Notes: a model not told the origin generated them from the letters alone. DNA of 64,000 bases from an uncultured Actinomycetota bacterium (GCA_963746465.1 CAVVAY010000013.1:10755-74754); one strand, 5' to 3'; positions 1 through 9,370 are shown, counted from the stretch's first letter. Made by a program: numbers and translations.

Positions 1-120
1 CGCGACGTCCATCCGCTCACCGTACGACGGCCCTGTGGACAACCGCGGATCGGCCGCCCCAGGCGTGGGGGCTGTGGACAGCACACCTGCAAGGGCTGCC
101 CGGCCCGGCAGCGTAGGGGC

Positions 121-384
121 ATGCGCGTGACAGTCGAGACCGAGGCGCTCGTCGGGCTGACCACCGGCGTGCGGGGCCTGGCCCGCGCCGCCAGGGCCAT
201 CGATGTGCCGTCTCCCCCGCCGTGCGAGGACGTCGCGGCGGCCGACGCGGTCGGCGCCCTGCTCTCGGTCTGCGCCGAGCAGCTCGGGGCGATGTCCGCG
301 GCGTTGTCGACGGTCGCCGTCCTGGTCGACACGGCCCGGTTCGACTACACCCGGGCCGAGAACCGGGCGGTGCCGCTGCCGTGA
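121..384 (+). CDS. Small 87-aa protein leading a toxin operon; possibly EspC/DUF2580-like (T7SS-associated)
   Basis: ATG at 121. GC3-rich codon usage consistent with coding. Stop TGA 382-384 overlaps GTG 381-383 of the next gene (GTGA coupling). The N-terminal pattern xTVxxExL resembles EspC-like proteins from memory; this is a weak call. Confidence 0.45.
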   Translation: MRVTVETEALVGLTTGVRGLARAARAIDVPSPPPCEDVAAADAVGALLSVCAEQLGAMSAALSTVAVLVDTARFDYTRAENRAVPLP

Positions 385-1478
385 CGGCCACCCTCGATGA
401 TCCGCTGCTCGGCTGGTCGCTCCCGGTCGACGACCCCGCCGTCACCGCCCGCACCGCCGACGGCCTGCTCGCCGCTGCCGACCGGCTCAGCTCGCTCGGG
501 CGCCGGTTGGCGTCGATGCTGCCGGTTCAGCGCTGGTCCGGGGTGGCCTCCGCCGCCGCGGACCAGCGACTGGCCGTCACCGCATTCGCGCTCGGGCTGG
601 AGCGCCGTCGGATGCTGCGCGCGGCCGAGGCGCTGACCCGGTTCAGCGGACAGGTCTCCGCGGCCCGGACACTGGCCGACGAGGCGACCCGGTTGCTGGC
701 CGCCGCGCGGGCCGCCCAGGAGGTGGCTGACCTGACCGGCCCCGGCGGCATCGGGGGGGCAGGTGGGGCCGGCACCCGGCCCTCTGCCGGGTGGGGCGGC
801 CACCGCACCGACGGCGCGCTCTACGACCCGCACGCGGTGGCGCTGCTCGACCGGGCCCGAGGCCGCGCTCACGACGCCCGCAGCTGCTACGACCGGGCAG
901 CCCGCCGTCTCGCCGCTGAGCTCACCGAGCTGTCCGGACGCCGGGTGGTCCGGGCCGGCCTGTCGGCCCGGACCTGGCTCGACCTGGCCGGCTTCGTCCC
1001 GGTGGTCGGCGATGCCGTCGACGCCGGAAACGCGGGGGTCTATTTCGTGCAGGGCCGCTGGGGCGAGGGGCTGCTCACCGCCGCCGCGGTCGTGCCCGGC
1101 CCAGAGGGCTGGATCGCGGGCGGCGCCAAGATCGGCAGGGCGCTGGAGCACGCCGGCGACGTCGCGAAGGTCGTTGACGACGTGCCGGCCGACGTCCGCG
1201 CCCGCTACGTGCTCTCGCACCTCAGCGTCCGCGGCGACAACAAGACGATCCGCATGCTCCCGGACGACGAGTCGGTCGAGCGGTTCTACCGCGACCAGCT
1301 CGAGCACCTTGGCGCGACAGAGGTGACGAGAAGTCGGAGAGGAATCGAATCCGTCACCACCCTGCCTTCAGGAGGGACCATCGGGTTCCGCACGTTCAGC
1401 GACAGCGGCGGCTACACGATCGATGTCGACGGCTTCCCTGGGCTGGGCCTGAAGCGCGTGCACCGGCCGCGAGACTGA
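381..1478 (+). CDS. Polymorphic toxin: WXG100-like N-terminus, pre-toxin TG (PT-TG) domain, uncharacterised C-terminal toxin domain
   Basis: 365 aa from GTG 381; the upstream ATG at 222 would overlap the preceding coding ORF out of frame. Helical N-terminal region carries a W-S-G (WxG) motif at about 531-539. A Gly-rich linker follows. The segment LDLAGFVPVVGDAVDAGN...VVPGPEGWIAGGAKIG (about 975-1136) matches the pre-toxin TG signature (GF[VI]PxVGD ... GxxG). The last ~110 aa (about 1137-1475) has no recognisable catalytic motif. Confidence 0.6.
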   Translation: MTATLDDPLLGWSLPVDDPAVTARTADGLLAAADRLSSLGRRLASMLPVQRWSGVASAAADQRLAVTAFALGLERRRMLRAAEALTRFSGQVSAARTLADEATRLLAAARAAQEVADLTGPGGIGGAGGAGTRPSAGWGGHRTDGALYDPHAVALLDRARGRAHDARSCYDRAARRLAAELTELSGRRVVRAGLSARTWLDLAGFVPVVGDAVDAGNAGVYFVQGRWGEGLLTAAAVVPGPEGWIAGGAKIGRALEHAGDVAKVVDDVPADVRARYVLSHLSVRGDNKTIRMLPDDESVERFYRDQLEHLGATEVTRSRRGIESVTTLPSGGTIGFRTFSDSGGYTIDVDGFPGLGLKRVHRPRD

Positions 1479-1492
1479 GGGAGGATGCCGCC

Positions 1493-1867
1493 GTGCCTGT
1501 CGACGCCGCCCTGATCCCGCAGCTGCGCGCGGACACTCTCGCCGACCTCGAGCGCGACTACGTCAACCTGTCCGCGATGTGTTTCGACGCCGGCCAGCTC
1601 GTCGGTGAGGAGAACCGCCAGATGATCCGCGAGCTGGTTCTCGAGACCCTGGTGAGCCTGATCGACGATCCCGCAGCCAAAGTCGTGGACGCGCCGATGC
1701 GCTACACGTTCACCGACCCCGAGGAGCTGCGCCGCCACTTCGAGGCAGCGTGGCCGCGTGGCCATCGAAACTCGCTGCCCGGACAGCGCATCTTCTGGGT
1801 CCTCAAACGTGATGACGATTCCGGCAACGACGCCGCGGCCCCGAGCTCCGGGCGAGAGGACGCCTGA
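1493..1867 (+). CDS. Putative cognate immunity protein (124 aa)
   Basis: GTG 1493 sits 8 nt after GGAGG (1480-1484) and 14 nt after the toxin stop. It is small and acidic, the expected toxin-immunity layout. No family recognised. Confidence 0.45.
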   Translation: MPVDAALIPQLRADTLADLERDYVNLSAMCFDAGQLVGEENRQMIRELVLETLVSLIDDPAAKVVDAPMRYTFTDPEELRRHFEAAWPRGHRNSLPGQRIFWVLKRDDDSGNDAAAPSSGREDA

Positions 1868-1877
1868 ACCCCGGTGA

Positions 1878-4325
1878 TCAGGCCTTGATCTTCGCGTTCG
1901 ACGGGTCGTAGAGCGGGCGCAGCGATGCCGTTGCGGGGTGCAGCCGGCCGGCCACCTCGACCTGCCAGTCGGCTCCCTCCATCCAGGCCTTGTCGACGAC
2001 CTCGGAGCCCTCGACCATCGCCAGCCCGACCGCACCGCCGAGGGTGTGGCCGTAGGACGCGGCGCGGACGTAGCCCACCGGCTTCCCGTCGCGCAGCACC
2101 GGCTCGGCGTGGTGCAGCATCGGTTCCGGGTCCGCGAGCAGCACCTGGACCAGGCGACGGGTCAGCGGACCTTCCGCCTTCTTCGCCTCGACCGCCGCCC
2201 GCCCGAGGAAGTCGTGGTCGAGGGCCACGGCGAACCCCAGGCCGGCCTCGAGCACCGAGTCGGTGTTGTCGATGTCGTGGCCGTAGTCGCGGTACCCCTT
2301 CTCCATCCGCAGGCTGGCAAGCGACTTCAGCCCCGCGTGCCGCAGGTCGTACGCCGGTCCGGCGGCCACCACCCGGTCGTACAGGTGGGTCGCCTGCTCG
2401 ACCGGGACGTACAGCTCGTAGCCGAGCTCCCCGAGGTAGGTGATCCGGATGCACAGGGCACGGGCGAAGCCGACGTCGATCGAGCGCGCGGTGCGGAACG
2501 GGAACGCCTCGTTGGACAGGTCCACCGACGTCAGCGACTGGAGCAGCTCGCGCGAACGAGGTCCCTGCACGTTGAGCTGGGCGAACCCCGACGTCATGTC
2601 GGTGACGACGACGTGCCGGTCGCCGGCATGCCGCCGCATCCAGGTCTCGGCGTGCCGGTGCGCGGTGTCCGACGCGACCACCCAGTACCGCTCGTCGTCG
2701 AGCTTGGTGACCGTGAGGTCGGCCTCCAGGGTGCCGCCCTCGTTCAGCCACTGGGTGTAGGTGATGACACCGGGCTGCCCGTCGACATGGTTGGCCGAGA
2801 GCTGCTGCAGCAGGCCGCCGGCGTCCCGGCCCTGCACGAGGAACTTTGACATGAACGACATGTCCATCGCGATGACGTCCTCGCGGGCCGCCCGGTGCTC
2901 CGCCGCCCACAGGTCGAACCACTGCGGCTTGCCCCAGGTCAGCGGGCCCGGGTCGGGCGTCTGACCATCGGGGGCGTACCAGTCGGCGCCCTCCCAGCCG
3001 CTGACGTCCCGGAAGTAGGCACCGCGCGCAGCGAGCCGGTCGTGCAGAGCAGACCGCTTCGCGTCGCGGGCCGACTGCATCGAGCGGTTCGGGTAGTGGC
3101 ACTGGTAGACCATGCCGAGCGACTCCACGGTGCGTGTCGCCCGGTACTCCGGGTTGGCCTGGTAGCCGTGCAGGCGGTCGATGTTCATCCCGGTGATGTC
3201 CACGCCCGGTCGCCCGTCGACGATCCAGTGCGCGAGCACCCGGCCCAGCCCGCCACCGGTGAGGATGCCGATCGAGTTCAGCCCGGCAGCGACGAAGTAG
3301 TTGCGCACCTCCGGTGCCTCCCCCACCACGGGCTGGAGGTCCGGGGTGAAGCTCTCCGGCCCGCAGAAGAACTTCTTGATGCCCACCTCGGACGACACCG
3401 GGATCCGGGTCATCGCCTTCTCGAGGTAGGGGCTCATCCGGTCCCAGTCCGGCGCAAGCTCGCCGAACGAGAAGTCCTCGGGAACTCCGCCGACCTGCCA
3501 CGGCGCGCAGACCGCCTCGAAGAGCCCGAGCATCAGGCCGCCGCCCTCTTCACGGAAGTAGCCGTAGCGGGCAGGGTCCTCCAGCACCGGCCAGTCGCCG
3601 GAGATGCCGGGGATCTCCTCGGTGAGCAGGTAGTAGTGCTCGGCGGCCTGCAGCGGGACGCTGACGCCGGTGCGCGCGGCGAGCTGCCGGGCCCACATGC
3701 CGGCGCAGTTCACGACGACCTCGCACTCGACATCGCCGTGAGCTGTCCGTACGCCGGTGACGGCGCCGCGGTCGGTGAGGACGTCGAGCACCGGCACCCC
3801 TTCGGCGATCCGGGCACCTGCCTGTCGAGCGCCGCGGGCCAGCGACATCGTGACGTCGACCGGGTTCGCCCGGCCGTCCTCGGCGACGTAGAAGCCGGCC
3901 AGCAGGTCGTCGGTACGGGCCAGCGGGAACAGCTCGCCGACCTCGCGGGCCGAGATCTCCTGCACATCGACACCACAGAGCCGGTTGAACGCCGACACCC
4001 GGCGGTACTCCTCGAGCCGGTCCGCGTCGCTGGCGACCTCGATGAACCCGACCGGCTTGAACCCGGTGGCGAGACCGGTCTCGGCCTCCAGCCGGGAGTA
4101 CAGGTCCCGGGTGTAGGTGCGCATCTCGGTCGAGGTCTCGGACGTCGAGCCGAAGGTCACCATCAGGCCCGCTGCGTGCCAGGTGGTGCCGCTGGTGAGC
4201 CGGTCCCGCTCCAGCAGCAGGACGTCCTCTCCGAGGTGGGCAAGGTGATAGGCGACCGACGTCCCGATGACACCCCCGCCGATCACGACGACTCGGGCGC
4301 GCTGCGGGAGGAGGGTCTCGGCCAT
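1878..4325 (-). CDS. Dimethylglycine oxidase / sarcosine dehydrogenase family (FAD oxidoreductase fused to GcvT aminomethyltransferase-like domain)
   Basis: 815 aa. N-terminal VVVIGGGVIGTSVAYHLA Rossmann motif (DAO domain). C-terminal half is a glycine-cleavage T-protein fold (..GYELYVP..). Confidence 0.85.
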   Translation of the reverse strand: MAETLLPQRARVVVIGGGVIGTSVAYHLAHLGEDVLLLERDRLTSGTTWHAAGLMVTFGSTSETSTEMRTYTRDLYSRLEAETGLATGFKPVGFIEVASDADRLEEYRRVSAFNRLCGVDVQEISAREVGELFPLARTDDLLAGFYVAEDGRANPVDVTMSLARGARQAGARIAEGVPVLDVLTDRGAVTGVRTAHGDVECEVVVNCAGMWARQLAARTGVSVPLQAAEHYYLLTEEIPGISGDWPVLEDPARYGYFREEGGGLMLGLFEAVCAPWQVGGVPEDFSFGELAPDWDRMSPYLEKAMTRIPVSSEVGIKKFFCGPESFTPDLQPVVGEAPEVRNYFVAAGLNSIGILTGGGLGRVLAHWIVDGRPGVDITGMNIDRLHGYQANPEYRATRTVESLGMVYQCHYPNRSMQSARDAKRSALHDRLAARGAYFRDVSGWEGADWYAPDGQTPDPGPLTWGKPQWFDLWAAEHRAAREDVIAMDMSFMSKFLVQGRDAGGLLQQLSANHVDGQPGVITYTQWLNEGGTLEADLTVTKLDDERYWVVASDTAHRHAETWMRRHAGDRHVVVTDMTSGFAQLNVQGPRSRELLQSLTSVDLSNEAFPFRTARSIDVGFARALCIRITYLGELGYELYVPVEQATHLYDRVVAAGPAYDLRHAGLKSLASLRMEKGYRDYGHDIDNTDSVLEAGLGFAVALDHDFLGRAAVEAKKAEGPLTRRLVQVLLADPEPMLHHAEPVLRDGKPVGYVRAASYGHTLGGAVGLAMVEGSEVVDKAWMEGADWQVEVAGRLHPATASLRPLYDPSNAKIKA

Positions 4326-4388
4326 GCCGGGAGCCTAGGACCCGTCCCCGGCCCTTGCTGACTCCCCGGTCAGTTCACGAGTGCGGGA

Positions 4389-6866
4389 CTACGGCGTCAG
4401 CAGGAGGCGGTGCTCCGCAGCACGCCGGACGACCGGCCTGCTGAAGCGCCACGGCGTGCGGTCGTTGCGCCGCCACAGCTGCGTCTGGTCGGTGTAGTTG
4501 TCGTGGAAGGCATGGCCGCTCGCCCCGGCATGCAGCACCCAGCGTGAGGCGTCCAGGTCGGCCAGGTCGACGACCATTCGCATCGACGGGATCCAGTCGG
4601 TGCGGTAGCCGTCATCGGCGCTCCAGCCGGTCGCGGTCACCGTCGCCTCCCCACCGCCCACCTCGACCCGGCCCCGGTTGACCAGCCACTCGATCGGTGC
4701 GACGCCCGACTGACCGAAGGTCGGGCTCTCCATCGGCAGCGCGTGCAGGTCTCCCCACTGCCAGTCCGCCGGTTCGTCGCCGAGACGGCGGGTCAGGTCG
4801 CCGTAGGCGTCGCCCATCGCGGCGACCAGGATGTCGTCGCGCGACTCGGTGGCCCCGGTCGTCGTGTCGTCCCACCACGGTGAGGTCGGGTCGTCGAGCA
4901 GACCGCTGACCACCTGCATCCAGCGGCTGCCGCCGTCCGCGCGCTGGTTGTGCGGCAGCTGGTCGTCGAAGGTGCGCGCGAGAAGGTGACGCCAGACCGC
5001 GTTGAAGAACGCCGCACCGGCCGAGTCCTCACGCTGGGTGCCGTCCCAGCGGCGTAGCAGGGCGACGGCATCGCGCGCGCGCTGCGGCGCCGTGACCCCC
5101 TCGAGCCACGGCAGCAACGCAGGCGCCAGGTTGTTCCGGGTGTCCCCCTGCAGCCGGACCAGGTCGGCGGTGGTGACGTCGCCGCGGCCGGTCAGGGCCT
5201 CCAGCCGATCGGTGATGCGCGCCGCGCGGTAGCCGAAGTCCCAGTCGTGGGTGAGGAAGACCGGGTACGCCTCCGGCACCACCGGGTTGTTGGCGGTGAC
5301 CAGGAAGCCTGCCTCGGGGTCCAGCGAGCTCGGCAGCTGGTCGAACGGCACAGTGCCCACCCACTCGTCGTCGCCGGTCCAGCCCTGGGCCGGCCAGCGC
5401 CCGTCGTACCCGCTGCGCACCGGGATCTTGCCGGGCGACTGGTAGCCGATGTGACCCGCGGTGTCGGCGAAGACGATGTTCTGCGCCGGCACCTCGAACT
5501 GGTCGGCCGCGACCCGCATCTCGTCCCAGCTGCCCGCCTGGTCGAGCGCGAACAGGGCGTCCATCGTCCGGCCAGGGGTCAGCGCCGTCCACCGCAGCGC
5601 GACCCCGTTCCCGGCGCCGGCGCGACGCCAGCGCTTGGCCACGTCGGAGAGCAGCGGCCCGTGCCGGGTGGCCCGGACCGTGATCCGCCTCGCTTCCTCA
5701 CCGGCGACCGCGATGGTCTCGGTGCGGACGTCGAGCGGCACCTGCTGACCTTCGAACTCGTACGTGTCACCGGTGACCCGTTCCAGGTAGAGGTCCGCGA
5801 CGTCCGGGGCCAGGTTGGTGAAGCCCCAGGCGATCTGCGTGTTGTGCCCGATGACGACACCGGGCACGCCGGAGAAGGTGAAGCCCGCGACGTCGAACGG
5901 GCAGGCATCGCTCACGGTGGTGCAGTGCAGACCCATCTGGGTCCACACCGACGGCAGGCTGGGACCGAGGTGCGGGTCGTTCGCGAGCAGTGGCTGGCCG
6001 GACTCGGTGTACCTCCCCGAGACCACCCAGGAGTTCGACCCGATGCCGCTGCCGTGCGGCCCGAGCAGCTCCGGCACCCGGCCGAGCAGCGCCTGCACAC
6101 CGCGCAGCACCGCGGCCTCACCGGTCGTCGGCACCGCGCGCGCTGCGGACTCGGGCTGCTCCACCGGCAGGTCGGTGTCGGCGAGGATCGTCGGGTGCTC
6201 GCCGTACGGGTACGCCGGGTAGAGCTGCTCGACCTCGTCGCGGCTCAGGGTCCGGGACAGCAGCGCCCGGTCCAGCTCGTCGTCGAGGTTGCTGCGCAGG
6301 TCCCAGGCCATCGCCTTCAGCCAGGCCACCGAGTCCGCGGGCGTCCACGGCTCGACGTGGTAGCCGCGGTTGGTCAGCGCGAGGATGCCGTGCTCGAGGC
6401 TCAGCCGGGAACCGGACCGGTGCTCGAGGTAGGCGTTGACCCCGTCGGCGTACGCCTGCAGGTACTGCAGGGTCGCCGGGGCGAGCAGCTCCAGCTCCTG
6501 CTCGGCGACCCGGCGCCAGCCGAGGGTCCGGACGAACTCGTCGGTCTCGACCTGGTCCGGCCCGAACAGCTCGGACAGCCGGCCGGCGGTGACGTGGCGG
6601 CGGAAGTCCATCTCCCAGAACCGGTCCTGGGCGTGCACGAAGCCCTGCGCACGGAACAGGTCCGCCGCGTCGTCGGCCCACAGCTGCGGCACGCCGTGCT
6701 CGTCGCGGTAGACCGTGACCTCCGCGTGGAGCCCGGCGACCGCGAGAGTCCCGTCGCGCTGCGGGAACGAACGGCGCACCGTCCAGGCGACGAAGAGGCC
6801 GGCGCCGACGGCGAGCACGAGCAGCAGCACGAGACCGCCGACCAGCACCCGCCGCAGCCGTCGCAC
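4389..6866 (-). CDS. Penicillin acylase (amidase) family protein, Ntn-hydrolase S45
   Basis: 825 aa. Signal/TM N-terminus. Motifs: FVHAQDRFWEMD, SNSWVVSG, GxxxGHN. Confidence 0.85.
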   Translation of the reverse strand: MRRLRRVLVGGLVLLLVLAVGAGLFVAWTVRRSFPQRDGTLAVAGLHAEVTVYRDEHGVPQLWADDAADLFRAQGFVHAQDRFWEMDFRRHVTAGRLSELFGPDQVETDEFVRTLGWRRVAEQELELLAPATLQYLQAYADGVNAYLEHRSGSRLSLEHGILALTNRGYHVEPWTPADSVAWLKAMAWDLRSNLDDELDRALLSRTLSRDEVEQLYPAYPYGEHPTILADTDLPVEQPESAARAVPTTGEAAVLRGVQALLGRVPELLGPHGSGIGSNSWVVSGRYTESGQPLLANDPHLGPSLPSVWTQMGLHCTTVSDACPFDVAGFTFSGVPGVVIGHNTQIAWGFTNLAPDVADLYLERVTGDTYEFEGQQVPLDVRTETIAVAGEEARRITVRATRHGPLLSDVAKRWRRAGAGNGVALRWTALTPGRTMDALFALDQAGSWDEMRVAADQFEVPAQNIVFADTAGHIGYQSPGKIPVRSGYDGRWPAQGWTGDDEWVGTVPFDQLPSSLDPEAGFLVTANNPVVPEAYPVFLTHDWDFGYRAARITDRLEALTGRGDVTTADLVRLQGDTRNNLAPALLPWLEGVTAPQRARDAVALLRRWDGTQREDSAGAAFFNAVWRHLLARTFDDQLPHNQRADGGSRWMQVVSGLLDDPTSPWWDDTTTGATESRDDILVAAMGDAYGDLTRRLGDEPADWQWGDLHALPMESPTFGQSGVAPIEWLVNRGRVEVGGGEATVTATGWSADDGYRTDWIPSMRMVVDLADLDASRWVLHAGASGHAFHDNYTDQTQLWRRNDRTPWRFSRPVVRRAAEHRLLLTP

Positions 6867-6887
6867 GGCGGCGACCCTAGCCGTCGG

Positions 6888-7589
6888 TCAGACGGCGGTC
6901 CGGAGGCGGGAGAGGTCCACTGCAGGCTCGCCGGCGGCGACCAGCTCGGCGATCCGTCGGGCGTGGTCCTCTGCGGCGGTGTGGGCGGCCTGCAGCGAGG
7001 CGGCGCCCAGGTGCCTGAGGTCGGCCATGGCGGGCACCGTCGCGGCCAGCGTCAGCTCGGCGGTGACCATCGTGACGTCCAGCTTCCATACGTCGGACAG
7101 GATGCGGCGCAGGTAGGGCTCGGCGTGGTCCCAGCCCTCGCGCGGCGTGCCGGGGCCGTAGCCACCTCCCCTGCTGTGCACGATCACGGCGTGCCGACCG
7201 GCGATCGGCTCGCCCTCGCCGGCACGCAGCGGCGACGCGGTGAAGATGCGGTCCACCCACGCCTGCACGCTGGCCGGGTTGGACCAGTTGTACAGCGGTA
7301 CGGCGAACAGGTACGCGTCCGAGGAGAGCAGCTCGTCGGTCAACGTCCCGGCCAGCTCGAGGGCTGCCCGCTGCTCCGGGCTGCGGTCCTCGGCGGGGAC
7401 GAAGCGCGCGCCCACGGCCGTTCTGTCGATGAACGGGACCGGATCGGCGCCGAGGTCGCGGCGCAGCACGGTGCCGTCCGGGTGCTCGAGCGACCAGACC
7501 CGCTCGAAGGTGTCGGCCACCGAGCGGGAGACCGAGGTCGCCCCGGCCAGGCTGGCGTCGAGGCGGAACAGCTGGGGCGAGCGGGTCAT
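6888..7589 (-). CDS. FMN-dependent NADH-azoreductase (AzoR-like flavodoxin-fold quinone reductase)
   Basis: Start taken at internal ATG (MTRSPQLFRLDASL...). Pattern PxPxID...RSPEQ...AxPxYN...SRGG is typical of AzoR. Confidence 0.7.
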   Translation of the reverse strand: MTRSPQLFRLDASLAGATSVSRSVADTFERVWSLEHPDGTVLRRDLGADPVPFIDRTAVGARFVPAEDRSPEQRAALELAGTLTDELLSSDAYLFAVPLYNWSNPASVQAWVDRIFTASPLRAGEGEPIAGRHAVIVHSRGGGYGPGTPREGWDHAEPYLRRILSDVWKLDVTMVTAELTLAATVPAMADLRHLGAASLQAAHTAAEDHARRIAELVAAGEPAVDLSRLRTAV

Positions 7590-7658
7590 GGGTGCTCCTC
7601 GGCGGGTGCGGGACGAACAGATCACCCGTAGAAGATTGCCGCAGCAATTATTGTTCCC

Positions 7659-8189
7659 TCAAAGGTCTGTCGTCTCGACCGGCCCCCCGAAGGCGATCGC
7701 CGCCGCCTGGGCCCGGAGGCGCTCCGCCACGTCGGACTGCTCCTGTGCCCGGCTGAGCAACCGGTCCAGCTCGGCCACCGTCAGCCGCTCGTCCCCGTCC
7801 GCCAGCGACCGCATCGCCCGCCACAACCCCGCCTTGGCCTCGATGCCGAGCCGCAGGCCCTCGGTCTCGATCACGGCCGCGAGGGGTGTCCGGCTGACCA
7901 CGCTTCCGTTGAGCTTGAGCCGGCCGACCTTCTCGGCCAGCCACCCGGCGTACACCTTGTACGTGGAGACGCCGACGCCCAACCGGGCCATCAGCGCCTT
8001 GAGCGTCTCCCGGTCCTGCGCGATCTCCTCCGCCAGCGCGTGCAACGGCGGCCCGAGGGGAGACGCCTGCTCCGCCGCCGCCGCCCGGCGGGCCAGCTCC
8101 AGGCCTCCGGTGGCACCGGCAAGGTGGTCGTTCAGATAGATGCCCAACGCGGAGTCCTGGGCATCGGTGCGAGGGCTGGGCACAGTCAT
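7659..8189 (-). CDS. Hypothetical protein (176 aa)
   Basis: Long ORF with GC3 bias. GGAAGGA SD sits 5 nt before ATG 8189. No family recognised. Confidence 0.45.
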   Translation of the reverse strand: MTVPSPRTDAQDSALGIYLNDHLAGATGGLELARRAAAAEQASPLGPPLHALAEEIAQDRETLKALMARLGVGVSTYKVYAGWLAEKVGRLKLNGSVVSRTPLAAVIETEGLRLGIEAKAGLWRAMRSLADGDERLTVAELDRLLSRAQEQSDVAERLRAQAAAIAFGGPVETTDL

Positions 8190-8230
8190 CGGATCCTTCC
8201 GGGAGGCGGGTGCTCCTCACGTCCTGCCCG

Positions 8231-9370
8231 CTATCCCGCGTCACGCACCTCCCCCGTCGCGGCCTCGCCCGCGTCGCCGACGTGGCCCGCCGGCAGCATG
8301 CCCAGGTCGCGTCGGACCGCGTGGCTGATCTGCCGCAGGTAGTCCGGCGGCACCATCCGGTCCATGCTCTCCAGCAGCAGCTCGGCCATCGCGTAGCCCG
8401 GTTCGCAGCGCACCGCCCGTTCGGCGGCCACGGCTGCCAGGGCACCGTTGCCGGCGGCGTAGGCGACCCAGCCCAGGACCGTGCAGACCGGCGCCGCGTC
8501 CAGGTCGTCGGCCTGGCGGACCAGAGCACCGAGCAGGTCGAGCAGCGACGCGGCGTCGTCGTCCAGGACGGCGGTCATGGCGGCGTCCCGACACGTCTTG
8601 TCGTGCAGGCCGAGGACGACGAGCGCGGCGTCCTCGGGCAGCAGCCGCCGGTCGCCGCGCTCCCACCGGAGGCGCAGCGCCTGCAGCAGGGCAGCCGTCA
8701 CCGCCCGCGGACCGTCCGGTCCTGCGTCGTCCTGCCCGGCTGCCATCAGCACCTGCTCGGCCTCGACTGCGGCCTGCTCGCGCACTGCGCGGGCCACGGC
8801 GTGGTCGGAGGGCTCGATGCTGCGACGCAGCGCGTCCCGGTCGGCCAGCACCACCTCACCCTGCGCGACCGCCTCGACCGCGTAACGGACCGTGGCCTCG
8901 GTCGGCTCGGCCGGCAGGGGCGTCCCCGCCGGCGGGCAGCAGACCGGGTCGTGACACAGGTAGGACCACCAGCGGTCGCCGGTGACCAGCAGCGCCTCCT
9001 GCAGGTCGATGCCCCGATCGGCCAACGCCTGACGCAACGCCCCCACCAGCCCGGACCGCGCGAGCCGACCGCGACGCGGCCGGGACCGTGCGCCGGTGTA
9101 GACCACCAGCACCGCCGCCGAGCCGCCCACGTGCGCAACCCGCTCGGCGACCTCGGCGGCCACCACCTCCTCCTCGGTCGCCGTCGGCAGGTCGAGGCGC
9201 AGCACCAGCCGATCGCGCCGGCGCTGCCCCTCGAGGCAGACGACGACCAGGCTCTCGGTGGGGTGGAAGCCGAGCCGGTAGGGCAGCACGCCGAGGATGT
9301 CGGCCGGCCCGCGCAGCCGGACCACCGAGGGGAGCAGGTCGTCACGGCAGGCACCCGGGTCGTCGTCCAT
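8231..9370 (-). CDS. DUF4192 family protein
   Basis: Start at internal ATG (MDDDPGACRDDLLPSVVRLRGPADILGVLPYRLGFHPTESLVV...). This N-terminal block is characteristic of actinobacterial DUF4192 proteins. The 150 codons upstream are low-complexity R/S-rich. Confidence 0.6.
   Translation of the reverse strand: MDDDPGACRDDLLPSVVRLRGPADILGVLPYRLGFHPTESLVVVCLEGQRRRDRLVLRLDLPTATEEEVVAAEVAERVAHVGGSAAVLVVYTGARSRPRRGRLARSGLVGALRQALADRGIDLQEALLVTGDRWWSYLCHDPVCCPPAGTPLPAEPTEATVRYAVEAVAQGEVVLADRDALRRSIEPSDHAVARAVREQAAVEAEQVLMAAGQDDAGPDGPRAVTAALLQALRLRWERGDRRLLPEDAALVVLGLHDKTCRDAAMTAVLDDDAASLLDLLGALVRQADDLDAAPVCTVLGWVAYAAGNGALAAVAAERAVRCEPGYAMAELLLESMDRMVPPDYLRQISHAVRRDLGMLPAGHVGDAGEAATGEVRDAG

Noticed and set aside
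222-380. Upstream ATG-extended version of the toxin ORF (MRGRRGGRRG...)
   Set aside because: The extension is out of frame with, and overlaps, the coding 87-aa ORF. It is R/G-rich low-complexity. The GTG at 381 with GTGA coupling is the better start.
17-454. 145-aa minus-strand ORF (Arg/Pro/Ala-rich) overlapping the small ORF and toxin start
   Set aside because: Low-complexity translation typical of antisense frames in high-GC DNA. Overlaps two codon-biased plus-strand genes.
5247-7631. 794-aa plus-strand ORF
   Set aside because: Antisense to the penicillin acylase and azoreductase genes. R/G/P/V-rich with no motifs.
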